Source: the human T2T-CHM13v2.0 reference genome, Homo sapiens
Assembly: GCF_009914755.1 (NCBI RefSeq)
Contig: NC_060927.1
Direction: 5' to 3' (one strand)
DNA: 64,000 nucleotides
A program made the position numbers and the translations under genes. The notes beneath the pieces are model-generated. The model saw nothing but the letters and a program-made list of their open reading frames with translations, was not told the DNA's origin and searched no databases. Position 1 is the stretch's first letter. Each line of letters begins with the position of its first letter. This document shows, in pieces, positions 1-14,560 of the stretch.

Positions 1-1790
1 ACTGGGTGAATTCAAATAATGGAAATTCTAACCATTTTTTTTTTTTACTTCTTTCCCTCATAAGAACATTTAATCAAGGTTTTTCTTTAATGAGATCTAT
101 TCGTGGTGACTCTAAAATGTAATCTAATTCTTATCAGAATTCAGTTAAGCTTTACCAAAGACCCTTGTTCAATATTGATTCGAGTTCAGCACAGTCCTCA
201 AGCCCTCAGATGGATGTATCAGAACTTTAATTTCTTCTGAACTTTTATATGTCCAATAAGCTGCATACTAGAAGTGTAAGGAGGTTGAGGAAATTGGGCA
301 AATGAAATAAAACAAGTTGGCTTTGAAGATAGTTTGCATTAAGGAGAATCCTAGAACTGTGCGTCTCTCTTGGAACCAAAAGCCTTAGAACAGGAAGCAT
401 ATTCTGTGTGATCCAGCAAAATTGCCTTTGGTTACACTGTTGAAAACTGATGTCTAAAAGGTATTCCATACAAACCAGAGCAAACCTAGCCCTTGGCCAT
501 CAGTCAGTGTGCCTGTCTTTTTTTTTTTTTTAATTGATGGAATGAGAATATTCAAGATAGTGGCTTAATTATTTTTGTATAAGGACCAGCATGTTTGATA
601 CTCTGAGTTCAGGAATGAGACCAGTCTAATGTAAATTAAATTTACTTCTGCCTAAATTGGTTGTTGATCAACTTAAGATCCTATTAAAATTAAAAATTTA
701 CATGATTTTGAGGGAAAATGCACCAGTAATGTCTGCAGCTTTGGTTCAATGATTTTTAATATTTTCCTGTGGTTTATTGAGTTTGTTCTTAATCTTTGTG
801 CTTAAGTAGTTATGATTAAACAGTTTGATTCAGTATAGCATTGTAATTCTCTTTAATCATTTTACATATTTTGTTTTCTATTTTTTATTTATTAACATAA
901 TACAAATGTTCATATAGTTTTGCATTGTTAGTATTCATTTTTAGATTTTTATCTGTTTAGTTTTACATTTAGATTACACACTTCATTTTAAAACCATTTG
1001 CCAGTCAAAATGTATTGTGTGTTTTGCAATCTTTTAGAATTGTAAATAACATGCCTATAGATAGTTAATAAAAATTTTATTTTTTATTTTGAATTACATC
1101 CTTAGCATAAATTCTTTGATTTATATTACCAAATCAAATTTAATCTGGAGGACTTTTGCATTACCTTGCTAGATTTCTTTAGAAATATTTTTCTAATTTA
1201 CAGAACCATCAACAATAATGAAACTATATGTTAAAATGCAAACTATCCCCTATGGCAGAAGTTTATTTATATTTTCTGAACTAATTTAATAAGCACATTA
1301 TGTCTTAGTTATTTTAAGTTTGTGTAATTATTAGCAAAATCAATGAGATGCTTTTCTTCTTTGGTGATATGTCTCTTGAAAGCCTAGTTTTGGTTATTCT
1401 TATAGATTTGAATATGTAAACAGATTAAAGTAAAGATCACTAAAACTTTGTTAGGAAGTGATATAAATAGAATGTATTTATCCTAATTCTAGCTCTCCTG
1501 GTGTGACCTTGGGTAAATCATTTAGCTTCTGAGTATCAGTGTCCTCATTTACTAAAGGGAGATATTAATTTCTCCCATGTCTTCACAGATAAGGAATAAG
1601 CAGTTGTGATATTTTGTATACATGAAATTATTTACTAATATAAGTGCTTAATCTGATTAACAGAATTTTTATCATTGCTTTTTTTTTCCCCTTTAGTATA
1701 ATGTGATACACTATAGAAACCCTCTAAATCTGGGGCAATTTCTTGGCTGTAGTTGCTATGGAAATACTGAAATAAATAAATGTCATGGAA
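1..1790 (+). other. AU-rich, repeat-poor segment resembling the distal 3' UTR / polyadenylation region of an upstream gene
   Basis: Very AT/T-rich; AATAAA at 1067-1072 followed by a T-rich tract, AATAAATAAA at 1771-1780, Pumilio-type TGTAAATA at 1041-1048. No coding exon seen. Inference only. Confidence 0.3.
1495..1580 (+). mobile_element. MIR fragment
   Basis: GTGTGACCTTGGGTAAATCATTTAGCTTCTGAGTATCAGTGTCCTCATTT matches the MIR core. Confidence 0.7.
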
Positions 1791-2562
1791 GGAATATAAG
1801 GACACATATTAAAAGCGGAGGTTCATGCTTTGCTTAAGAAGATTTTTATGTTGGTATGAATATGAAGGGCAGCAACAGTGCCTCCTGCTTATGTACCCTT
1901 CTGCACATAAAGAGACAGCCTTACTCATAAGTATAGTTTTAGAAAAAGAATTGCTGTTTTATTCCTAGCATTACCAAGGAGTCTGGGCCTAGGGACAGAG
2001 TGCATCAGAAATTCTCAGCAAAAGTCTATTTATGAAGTGGCAGCCAAGGATCCTCCCCCAAACCAGTGCTTTTATTCCCAGTGGATGGACTCCAGGTCCT
2101 AACTCTCTGACAGCAGAAGGTGGTACAGACATTTTTACTAGAGTTGAAATCCAAATGACTAAAGGGCCTCTGGAAATAGGAGGCCAACTCCACAGGAGGC
2201 TAAACACTTTAAGGTACCTGAAACTTGGCGCATTAGTGACCAACCCACTAGCAGCCTTTTGCTCCCTTATGTCATCAAATGGCTACAGTTAAAACATTCT
2301 AACTTGTCAGCCTACATTAAGAGGTAGTTTTGTACCTCTGCAGGAAAGCTGTTCTTTTATATACTCAATTCTTCTTAATAAAATGTTTTAAAAGCACTTA
2401 TGGCCAGTGCTTTATGTGGATGTTGGAAAAGGAAGCAAGAGTTTGGACTAAACCTGAAAAATCCACATGAACTTTCTTCCTTTTTTTCTAATTGCCTACG
2501 TCTGCTCTCTCACCTCCAAGGAGTGTTTGTCTGTGCCTCTTGTCTCTCTTTCTGTCTCACAC

Positions 2563-2563
<1 letters not shown>

Positions 2564-2605
<42 letters not shown>
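2564..2605. repeat. (CA)n microsatellite
   Basis: Uninterrupted CA run of about 21 units. Confidence 0.97.
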
Positions 2606-2607
<2 letters not shown>

Positions 2608-2972
2608 TCTTCTTGCTGTTACATCATCATTTCACCAGAACTCTCCTAGGAAGGAGAAAAATGGTTCAAGAAAGAGAAAAATTTGTCAAGCACTCTCTTG
2701 GGAAGTTAAGCATGTTACCCACTGGGAATAGTTATCTCTTCCATTCATACAGGCCCTTACATTTTATAATGCTACCGAGCATCTGTTGTTGCATGCTGTC
2801 ATACCTAGTAGAGCCTTGTGAAATAGATCATGGGGAGATTATTAGTCTCATTTTACAAATGTGGCTCGGATGTTTTCAAAGTAAATGACAAAACAAAGAC
2901 TATGAATAACTTTTATAATTTACACTTTATTGCTTGGCCCATACTAACATCCGTGCTAACATTCAGCAACTA

Positions 2973-3437
<465 letters not shown>

Positions 3438-3714
3438 CATGTTAAACTTTCTACGTGAAGATCCTAAAAGCCCCCAACTACTCAGATTTAAAATCAGGTA
3501 TAATTATAGCCTTTTCCCAGAAAATTTTAATTGATAACCACCTGACTCATGCTTTCCAGTATCACAGAACCTGAAATGCTAAACTTCTACTGATGAAAAA
3601 CCATAAGCCCTTGTATTTTCTTGAGCATTTGAGGCCTTAAAAAGCAAAAAAAAAAGGTTAAAAATATTTATAACAACTGACATTGACATTAACATTTGCT
3701 CAGTGCTTTAACTT

Positions 3715-3895
3715 TTATGAAGCACTTTTCTTTTATCATATTACCCTCTAATTAATGATCCTAGAAAATAGTTACAGTTATTTTTGCCTTCATTTCCAGT
3801 GGCAAGAAACTGAATCTTAGAAAGTGTCAGCTTGCTTAGTTCCATAGAGTATGAGTGTCAGAGCTAATACTTGACCCTGGGCCTCTGATTCCCAA
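3715..3895 (-). mobile_element. MIR fragment
   Basis: GAAACTGAATCTTAGAAAG...GTGTCAGAGCTAATACTTGACCCTGGGCCTCTGATTCC resembles antisense MIR. Confidence 0.6.
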
Positions 3896-4329
3896 GGCCG
3901 GCTATCTCTACATCTAACAGAAAACACTGGAAATCCCATTTGCTGTTGCTAGGTTACCTTTTTCCCATGATGGTAATTCTTTTTTAAAATCCTAAGTTTT
4001 TCATTAATGTACGCCCATTAGAGAAAAATTAGCAAATAGAAGAAGAAAGGTATGTAATTCTCTCATCTCAGTATAATAGTTCACATTTTGTCATGCACTT
4101 CTTTTCTGTTATGTTTACCTGTGGGTATGGAAGGATGTATACAAATGTAACCACACATCTGTATACATGTGGTTACATACACACACACACAATGAGATCA
4201 TACCTTAACTATTGGTTAGTACCTTGCTTTTGTTACATAACAGTATATCAAACTTTGCCTTCTATACAGTCCGTTTTAAATATTCTTGAACCACTGAAAA
4301 AGAATATATGTCACCTACATATGCTTTCT

Positions 4330-5860
4330 GAAGGTTGATTCAAGGATATTTTCCAAAAGGCAAATAAAGTAATCAAAATAATATGCACAAGAGATGCATA
4401 GCAAATAAAATGGTGAAAAGCAATGAAGTAATAAAACTACTGGTAAAAAAATAAAGGGGCAAAGATGTAGTAGTAAACTCAGACCAAAATAAGATAATAT
4501 TAATTACCTACTAACTACAATATTCATAGAAGAAAAGTACCATTCAGTACAAAGGTATCAAGCAGTCTGAAGAACATTACTTTTTGATAAATGTCACAGT
4601 TCCCCATGAAGAATAGCCCTGAGCTTTCCTTCATTAAATATCATTATATTGAAATGTATAATTTAAAAATACTGAAGTAAGAGATAAGAAGGGTGAAAAC
4701 ATATTCTTTATAAAACCTGAACACATTGCTTTTAGTCTTTGATAAATCATAAAAAGGAGTTAAATAATATGATTGATAACGTTAATTTAATCCACATACA
4801 CTGATCTATGCAAACAAAGAGTTTCTATCTTCTGTCTAAATCTGCATGGGAGATTTAGAAAAACATTTATCATATCAAAGTCTAATAGGAAATTGTAGAC
4901 AGTTCCTACTGTGGCTGGCAGAATTACATGTAGCCATATAGTAGAACAAGAAATGAATAAATACATAAGCGCACTCTTGGGTTAAGGAATCTTAGAAAGT
5001 AGTGATGATGCTAACACTGCATAGCAATGAGAACGGGATGGAGCCGACATAGTATGCCAAGTAATACTAGTCTCATTAATTGCAACAGGAACCAGTGCAT
5101 ATGTATTAACTTAAAAAACTAGAACAGACAAGAAAATCAACCTTAAAGAAATCCATTAAAATAAAACATTGTTGATAAGTTGAAAAATACTGCAATGTTT
5201 AGATCTGGGGATGATTTTTTGAAAAGAGCAGTGAAATAAACATTTGGTTAAGATAACCAAGAAAGAAACAAAAACTACAGAAAATTAGGAATGAAAAAGA
5301 CACTCAGCATAGATACAGATGACATTTTAAAATTATTGCACTTAAAATTTTATATGAGAGACTATGTTCTATGCAAATCTAAAGTACAGGTGAAAGAAAC
5401 TTGAATAAACTCGTAAAGACAGATGGAATGTGAAGCTACTACTTGCAAAAGAGCCAGAAAATTTCACTAATCAAAGTTTTCAGATCTCCAAAGAACAAAT
5501 GATTTCTGTGCTATTTCAACTTTAAGAGCCTAGCAAAAAACGAGACGCTTACCAAATCATTTTATAAAGCTAGCGTGCTCCCAATAATAATACCTAACCT
5601 AGGTTACCCCCAGAAGACAATTCTGTGATAATCTAACTTTCATAAATGCAGAAATCCTAAGTGAAATATTAGCAAATTGAATACCACATAATAAAACATT
5701 CCAGTTATTCCATATTCAGTGCTAGAACAATTAGGAATCTTTTAGCATAATTTGCTATATTGATATATCAAAATTTTAGAAAAACTAGTAATCTCCATAG
5801 ATGCTTTTCATTAAAAGGGCATTTAATAAAATTTTTCATGCATTCATATTTAAAAACAAA
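4330..5860 (+). mobile_element. Old L1M (ORF2-derived), heavily decayed; appears to resume at ~6230-6430
   Basis: A-rich, with ORF2-like blocks such as ACCAAATCATTTTATAAAGCTAGC, GCAGAAATCCTAAGTGAAATATTAGCAAATTGAAT, ATCTCCATAGATGC. Confidence 0.75.
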
Positions 5861-5899
5861 AACAATGGCAATGCAAAATAAGCTCTAAGTAGTATTTAC

Positions 5900-6225
5900 A
5901 TATTTCGATTTATTATGCAACATTTCTAACATATATAAAGATATGAAGCATAATGACAAAGGTCCATGTACCTGTTATCCAATTTAAGAAATAAAACATT
6001 AAAAATTCAGTAGAAATCCCTTGGGTTCTATTCCATGATCATGTTCCCCCAGAGAGAGCCACTATTCTAAATTTGTTTTTTATCATTTTATGCATTTCTT
6101 TAAACAATATGTAGTGTTGTTAGCACATAGTGTTTCTTAATTTTAAATAAATGGCATTCTATTATTTGTATTAGTGGGAGACTTTTCCACTCAACATCTT
6201 AAGACTGTATGTACATATAGTCATT
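5900..6225 (-). mobile_element. L1ME-type 3' end fragment nested in the older L1
   Basis: CCCCAGAGAGAGCCACTATTCTAAATTTG...TTTTCCACTCAACATC typical of antisense L1ME 3' UTR. Confidence 0.6.
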
Positions 6226-6829
6226 TACAAATGATTGATTATTCTTCTAGAGAACCTGAAAAATTTTAAATATTGGAATAATGAAAGTTTAGTAAGCTGA
6301 CAATATAAAAATGACAATTTTAGGTTTAGAATATATAACAGAAAAGTGTCCTCATACAGAAGCAATAAAAAATATAAAATATCTAGGTAAAACTTTAAAA
6401 CGTATAAATGATCTAAGTGAGGAATGCTAAAAAAGTTTTGCATGAATAATTAACTCATGAGCAAAAAGGGTATTTTGGGGATTGAATGTGCTTTGGAAAG
6501 CCTCTCTCGCTTTAATAGACATTCGTATTATCACCCTTTATTATACAACAATGTTTTCAGTGGGGGAATGAATAGTTACTACACTCTCCTTTGCTAGTGG
6601 TATTTATTTAGCCCTTTCAACCAAATATCCCCCAGCCCTCTGCTCATCTTAGTTACTGCTCACCACATCCTTGCACGTTCCAAGGCAGCCCTTACTTGGT
6701 AAGGAAAGAGAGGCACAGACCTGTAAGTGGATTGCCCAGAACAACAAAGAGGCCTAGCTGAACATAACCCTTTCTTCCCAGTTCCTGTTGCAAACCGTAT
6801 TAACTGCTGTTGTCATAGAATTAGAATGC

Positions 6830-6970
6830 TTTTTAAAGTCCAGCAGGAACCTTAGAAATTCAATAATGCCATTTTATAGCTGAGAAAGCTAAATCCCAAG
6901 AAAGCTGAGTGTTTTGCCTGAGGTTATACGATTTATTAACGGCAGAGGTGGGACTAGAAACCATGAGTCT
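6830..6970 (-). mobile_element. MIR fragment
   Basis: CCATTTTATAGCTGAGAAAGCT...TTGCCTGAGGTTATAC...GGCAGAGGTGGGACTAGAAACC. Confidence 0.7.
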
Positions 6971-7394
6971 TCATGAGGCCTTCAAAGAACTACTTTCTTT
7001 GGGACCGACATGAAGGGTTTAAACATTTGTGGCTACAGGTCCAGAGAGACATCCCTAGAAAATGCTGAGATTAGTAAGATTTTGGTTGGAGAGTGTAGAA
7101 ATAGGACAGCGTTTGCTTTCACCCTAACCAGAATGAAGGGTCTCAGATTTCCAGGTTAAATGCCTCTGAAACTTTATTCTAGAACCTTCCCACTGCCCTA
7201 GTTTGTTTAAGTCAAGCATGAACTCACCACTCAATGTTTGCCAGAGTTTGGATGAATGTCAGCATCAGGCTACTGTAATAATGGTTTAAGATTATTTAAT
7301 CCCATTAGTTATACACTTCATTAGGCTGAGTGAATTGTTGGCAGTGGTTCAGTAAACTTCCTCCTTTAGAGATAAAAGGACAGAAAGAAAATAG

Positions 7395-7754
<360 letters not shown>

Positions 7755-8315
7755 ATAATTCTTAATGGATAAAGGAATGATAATTACCCAGCTGTAGCGT
7801 GGACTCCATATTAGTACGGTCTCCTAAACTACTCTTCATTCTCAGGAGAAATAAATGTTTGTAACCTAATATTCTCTATTAGAAGAAAATGGACAGTGGC
7901 AGAGAAGAGAGTGTGTGTCCGTGTGATCAGGCCATAAAGTTAATCTTAAAAGTAAACCTGAAAATAAATTCAAAGATTCTAGATATGAGAGTCTTTTACG
8001 TAGTGGGGTTGGTATGAGGCAGTAAATGATTTTAAGGAAAGAATATAGAATTTAAAGTGAGACCTGGTTCACACTCAGCCAGCTGCTATTCTGCATTCTT
8101 CCCTTTACTTTTAGCTTCAGTTTCCTCACACTTAGAATGAAAACAAACAATAAGAGCAAACCAGTTTGTTATATGTTCTCACATCTGACTTTGTAAAACA
8201 GTTTGAAAACATTAGCGTGCTCAGCTCCAGGATTGTCCCATGCAGGCAATGACTGTTACATCTTTCCCTTCTTTGTAGTTTATTTTTGCCCAGATGGATC
8301 TGCATTCATTTGTAC

Positions 8316-8473
8316 TATCTATTATAATATTGTTAGAATTCACTATTATACTGTAGAATTCATTAATTCTATTATATTGTAGAATTCACTAATTCTATAA
8401 TATTGTACAATTCACATTATATATTATAACATTGTAGAATTCACCAATAATATTGTAAAAGTCACTAATAATT
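8316..8473. repeat. Degenerate minisatellite, ~6 units of 20-30 bp (core TATTGTAGAATTCAC)
   Basis: Repeated TGTAGAATTCA / TGTACAATTCA / TGTAAAAGTCA cores separated by AT-rich linkers. Confidence 0.85.
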
Positions 8474-8518
8474 CATAAAAGGAATGAATTCATTTGTGAT
8501 CTTATCAAAAAAAATTTA

Positions 8519-8881
<363 letters not shown>

Positions 8882-9177
8882 GGCACTTGAATGAAAGTAC
8901 TGTTTCTTAGCTCACATGGTTATAGGGTGAAATGAGGATTCGGAGAGGACAGGACTGAACAAAAATCAGTGTGGGGGCTTTGAGTCGTAAATAACTGTAC
9001 CAGGGCTTAGCCCCAGTTAGACACATAACAAATCTGCAAGAGAGAATTTTGCCTAACTTGAATCACCAAAGGACAACTGTAAGTCAGCATTTCAGGCTCT
9101 GGAATATTACTTGCATACCCACTTGGTTTGAGAACTTGTGGAGTCTGAGAGATGGCAAGTCATGAGACTAGGAGCTC

Positions 9178-9372
9178 GGTTTTCTCAAAATGTGTCAGCG
9201 GTCACCTGCTTTGTAATCACTGTGAACTCCTCATTAAAAAGTAAAGTTCTGGACTCCTCCCCAGAATTTCTGCACAAGGAGACAGGAACTTTGCATCTTT
9301 TGCAAGGCTCCTGGGACAGCAGGGAGTTGGGAGGTAAATTTTTATGCACAGTCAAGTTTGAAATCCACTAGT
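9178..9372. mobile_element. MER5-type (hAT-Charlie) relic
   Basis: TTTCTCAAAATGTG...CAGGAACTTTGCATCTTT...TTTTATGCACAGTCAAGTTTGAAATCCACTAG. Confidence 0.6.
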
Positions 9373-9618
9373 CTGTACTTCCAGTCAAGCTCATGCAAAA
9401 ATTGGTCCCAAAATATGTTTGCATTCTTATCTCCCATCAGCTCTCCTACACATTCTTTTTACAACACTTGCCCAAGGTGAGGACTCTTCTCCTGGACATT
9501 GATATGGAGGTTTCTCTGTCTATTCCCATGCCATTGGTTGCCTACCTTCTGCCTTTTCCGATCTCCAGCCTTAAAATGCTTTCCTGGAACTTAACCAACT
9601 AGATGTAACCATTTCTGA

Positions 9619-10060
<442 letters not shown>

Positions 10061-11843
10061 TGAACCTATTGCTGCTCTGATAGTGAGGGGGATTTGGGGG
10101 GAGCCTGTGTCACTCTAGCACTATGTCTCCCCACAGTCATTGACTCACATACCCTTTGCTTGCCCCTTCGTGCACCTAGGACCTGAGACTATGTATGTAT
10201 AAGAAGGAAGGAGGAGAACTTGGCTCTGAGAGACTATGAACAGAGTCATTGCTGAAATGTAAATATCAAAGATTGAAGGGAAAGATGTGAGAGTGAAGCC
10301 AGCTGTCTAGCTTCCAGCCGTAGAATGATCATAAGAGCTACTACACTCAAGGTCAAACACACTGACTCACCCATGAAAATTGCCAAGGAGTTTGAGTGGA
10401 AGTTCTCTGATATTCCAATGACTTTGAATGGGACACGGTAATTCCTTCCCACAGCCAGGGCTTACTTAAAATAAGTAAATGAATAAATAAAGTCTACTCC
10501 CTGGATCTTTTTTTTGCTCTTGTCCCTGCAGAGTAAGGGGATGCCAGCCAAGGCTGACATCATCATTATAGCAAGACAGGTGCTTTTTTTGAATACTTCA
10601 CAAGGACAAGGGCCTGGTATTATGTAGGTCTTCAAAGAATATATATATATATAAATTTTTTTAATTCAGTCTCCTACATTTATAGTATGGGGAAATAAGA
10701 CAAGAGCGAGGAATGCCTTGCTTGGGATATTGCAATTGGATGGCTGCACTGAGGACTATTTAAGCAACCTTAAAATCACAAACACACATCTGTGATGACT
10801 TTTTAATTATATCTGTCATTTTGGAAAAGATATTAAACATCTTCCTCAGAAGTTATTTTTACTTTACACACTCTTTAATAATGTTAAAAGATATTTGATG
10901 CAATTTATATTAATAAAGCTCATGGGACGTGTTAGTAAAAATAAAATTGAATCTTCTAAAATATATTCCTTTAAAAATGAATGTCTATAATTTTATGCTA
11001 GTTTAAGCAAATAATCTGAATAAATCCTGTTTGTTTAGCATAACACATGTACACGTAGTTTCTCCACAAAATGGAACGCGCTAAATGTGTTGGGGCCTCA
11101 GGAAAGAACTAGTGGAAGGGGGCATAGGAGGATTTGGGGGCAAAAGGAGGAATCCAAAAAGAAGGTCTTCATGGAGGAAGAGACCTGTCCCAATGTGTCA
11201 TTCGGTAGATCTCACTTTCTCCTAGTACCTCATAGTCATTCATTTTTCACCCCCAACAGACAAGTGGAGACTGATATTATTCCCTTTTACAATGTAACAA
11301 AATCAAAGCTTAGAAAACCAGGGGGTTTGGAAAATAAGGAATTTGTGTAGGATTAAAATAGAACTTTGAGCTCCTGGACTCTGAATCTTAGCTTCTACCT
11401 TGCACTTAAATAAATTTATGCTAACAGATGTCCTGTCATCAGATAGGACTTTTTTTTTTCTTTTTAATGTCGGCAAGTCTCATTGTTACAGCTCTCTGGT
11501 CTGCCCAGTTTGGTTACACCTGTTTTGAGATTCCTTGCCTATACCCTTCCAACTGAAGACAAGCACTTCCTACTGTACTTACAGAACTTTCATCTATGTC
11601 TTGGTTTAATCTTTTGCCTTTGTTTTAACCGTTTACCACTTCTGCTTTATATTGGTAGGTAATCTTACCCCCAAATACATAGACTATGAGCTCCTTAGGA
11701 GCAAACTCATTTTTTTTTCCTGTTGTTCTTTGTGTCTTTTTTTCCCTATCCACCTCCAAATCTTACTCCACATTTCTGAAAATAGCACCCAAAGCAATAC
11801 CTCTCACTTTGGGGAGTATTTAGTACATTTTTTAAAAAATGAA

Positions 11844-12219
11844 TGTATTATACAGTCTGGATCACCATAACAAAAATACAAGGACTGAGTGCCTTAAATA
11901 ACAGAGATTTATTTTCTTATAGATTGAGAATGGAAGTCCGAGATCAGGGTGTTAGCACTGTAGGATTCTGCTGAGGACTGTCTTCCTGACTTGTAGATAG
12001 CCACCCTCTCACTGTGTCCTTACATGGTGTGTGTGGGGAGGGAGCAAGCCCACTAAGTGTCTTTTCTTATAAGGTCACTAGTACCATCATGAGGGCTCCA
12101 TCCTTATGACCTCATCTAGGCTTAATCACTTCTCAAAGGCCCCATATACACATACTATCACTTTGGGGTTAAGGCTTCAACATATAAATTTATAAAGGGA
12201 CTCAATTTAGTCCATAGCA
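11844..12219 (-). mobile_element. MLT1A-type MaLR solo LTR
   Basis: TG...CA termini; GGAAGTCCGAGATCAGGGTG, ATGACCTCATCT, TTAAGGCTTCAACATATAAATTT, AGTCCATAGCA; flanks ATGAA / ATAAA; inserted in an L2 3' end. Confidence 0.88.
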
Positions 12220-12329
12220 ATAAATTAGGCCTTTTGACTATAGATCTGTAAGTGCATAATTGGCACTGATTGATGGATTGCAGATCAGAATATCCTATGC
12301 TTCTAGTTATATAGAAACTACATGCTTAG

Positions 12330-12626
<297 letters not shown>

Positions 12627-13279
12627 CATGCTTAGTTATTTAACAGAGGTTTATTGAGCACTGTGTTGGCTTTAAACAATTTTGCTAGACATTCAGTAGG
12701 GCCTGATGAGTGTTTAAGACCTCGTACAGTTCAGGTGCATTTTCCTTTAAGGATACATTTAACCTGCTAGATGTCATCTCATTTTGAAGACAAGAGAAAA
12801 AGAGAGGAAGACTTGTTTTTTCAGAGGGTTATTATACATTCCTATTAGATCATTAGGAAATTGGCACAAGTGGCAGGAAGCCAAACTGACCTGAGTCTGG
12901 CTGGGCAGTGTCTGCAGGTTACTCCAGCAAAGCTGCTGGAATAACGATGTGTTCTTCCATAAAGTGCTTTTTGTCAAAGTCTCTTCTGGAATTAACTCCT
13001 CATGCACAGATCGATAAACCCCACCAACTTGCCAATGTAATTAAGAAGTGACAGGTTAAGCATAACCATTAATTAAGTTCAAAGTAAAAGAAAATGAAGA
13101 AGATTGTTTTTGTGAAATTGTGCTGTCAGATTTTTCTCAAGGGTATTTCTGAGTTCCTATAAAGGGGAATTTAGGAAAGGGAGGAGAAGATTGTCTCCAC
13201 TTCCTTGGGAAAAGTGAGTGTTTAAACACATGTCCATTGAATATTTTTAACTGAAAAGTGAACTATTTGCCAGTTTTAA

Positions 13280-13600
13280 GAGACATTGAGTGAGCACCTT
13301 CTGTGTGCAAAAGACTGTGCTCCGTGCTATGCGGAATACAGCGCAGTGTGAGACTTGTTCACGCTCTCGTGGAGCCCTGAGGTGAATGAGAAGTATCAGA
13401 CATGTGAACAAATATAACACAAGGCAAAGTAATCCAACTTATCTGTGAGAGATTCGGGCAGTTGTGAGAGCTCAGAGGAAAGGCCATGCCCCATCCTACA
13501 GTGGGGAGAGGAGGGGACTGGCATCGAGAAAGACCTCCCAGAGGATGCAGCATTTGAGCAAAGCCTTGAAAGTAGAGTAGGAATGGATAAGGGGGAAAGA
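13280..13600 (-). mobile_element. L2 fragment
   Basis: ATTGAGTGAGCACCTTCTGTGTGC...GAAAGACCTCCCAGAGGATGCAGCATTTGAGCAAAGCCTTGAA antisense L2 3' region. Confidence 0.7.
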
Positions 13601-14399
13601 ATGAATGAGAACAGTTCCAATATCTCAACATTTTTTTATGTTGAATTCCATTATAGCTTCTAGGATCAAAGGAAAAGAAATCAGCCTCTTGTTCAGTAAA
13701 GATTTGTTGAGCATTCATTATATGTGCATTATTCTGCAGAAAATTTGGGGCTGGGAGAGGTAAAAAAATACCTTCAGGATAACAGGCTTTTTCACAAAAG
13801 TATCAAATAGTCTTAGACTCATTGTCTTCCTCTGATGGCATCTTAATGGAATTCAATACAAAGGCCAAAATTCCTTTGTTTTGAAGCCACAAGAAAACAC
13901 AGCCAATGGAAAAGCCGTGTTAGTGCTGCCTGTCCTATTCTGATAAGGTGAATACTTAAAAGCTATGAAAGAAGCACTGAGTACTGCTGGACAGTTTGAG
14001 TTCATTTGGCTGGTAGAATTGAGTGGAAGTCAATTCTCATGCCATTTAAACTGGAAGAAACTGAAGATTCTCCAACCCAAGCTCCTCTTTTTGCAGATAG
14101 TCAACTGAAGCCCTGTAAGACTGTAGTTTTATAGATAAAAAAGAGCCATGTGAATTTCCTAAATCACATAACAGTCAGTTTATTATTTGACATTTATGGT
14201 ACATTCACATGGAAGAGAATGATTAGACATTTCCAGGAGAGAATAACGACTCCCAATTCCCTGAGTTACCATTAGATGGTATTAAGCAACTTCACTTAAT
14301 TATGTACCTGTTTTCCAGTTATGTTAATTATACATCCTTTAGCATTTACCACCTGTACCAATCATTTAGCATAATAATACCTTATACTTAAATGCAAGT

Positions 14400-14560
14400 A
14401 CCCAGAATACTTTTATAGTTGTTTTCATTTGATATTCACAACAATCCTACAAGGCAAGTGTTATTTCTAGATTAGATATGAGAGAACTGAGGCATAGAGA
14501 AGGTAACCCATATAGCCAAGAAACTAAAACAGGGTTCTGACATCCATTTTCTAACTATGC
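14400..14560 (-). mobile_element. MIR fragment
   Basis: TTCACAACAATCCTACAAGG...ATGAGAGAACTGAGGCATAGAGAAGGTAA. Confidence 0.7.

Noticed and set aside
8316-8473. Repeat-spacer (CRISPR-like) pattern
   Set aside because: Repeats are short and degenerate, and the linkers are related low-complexity AT sequence
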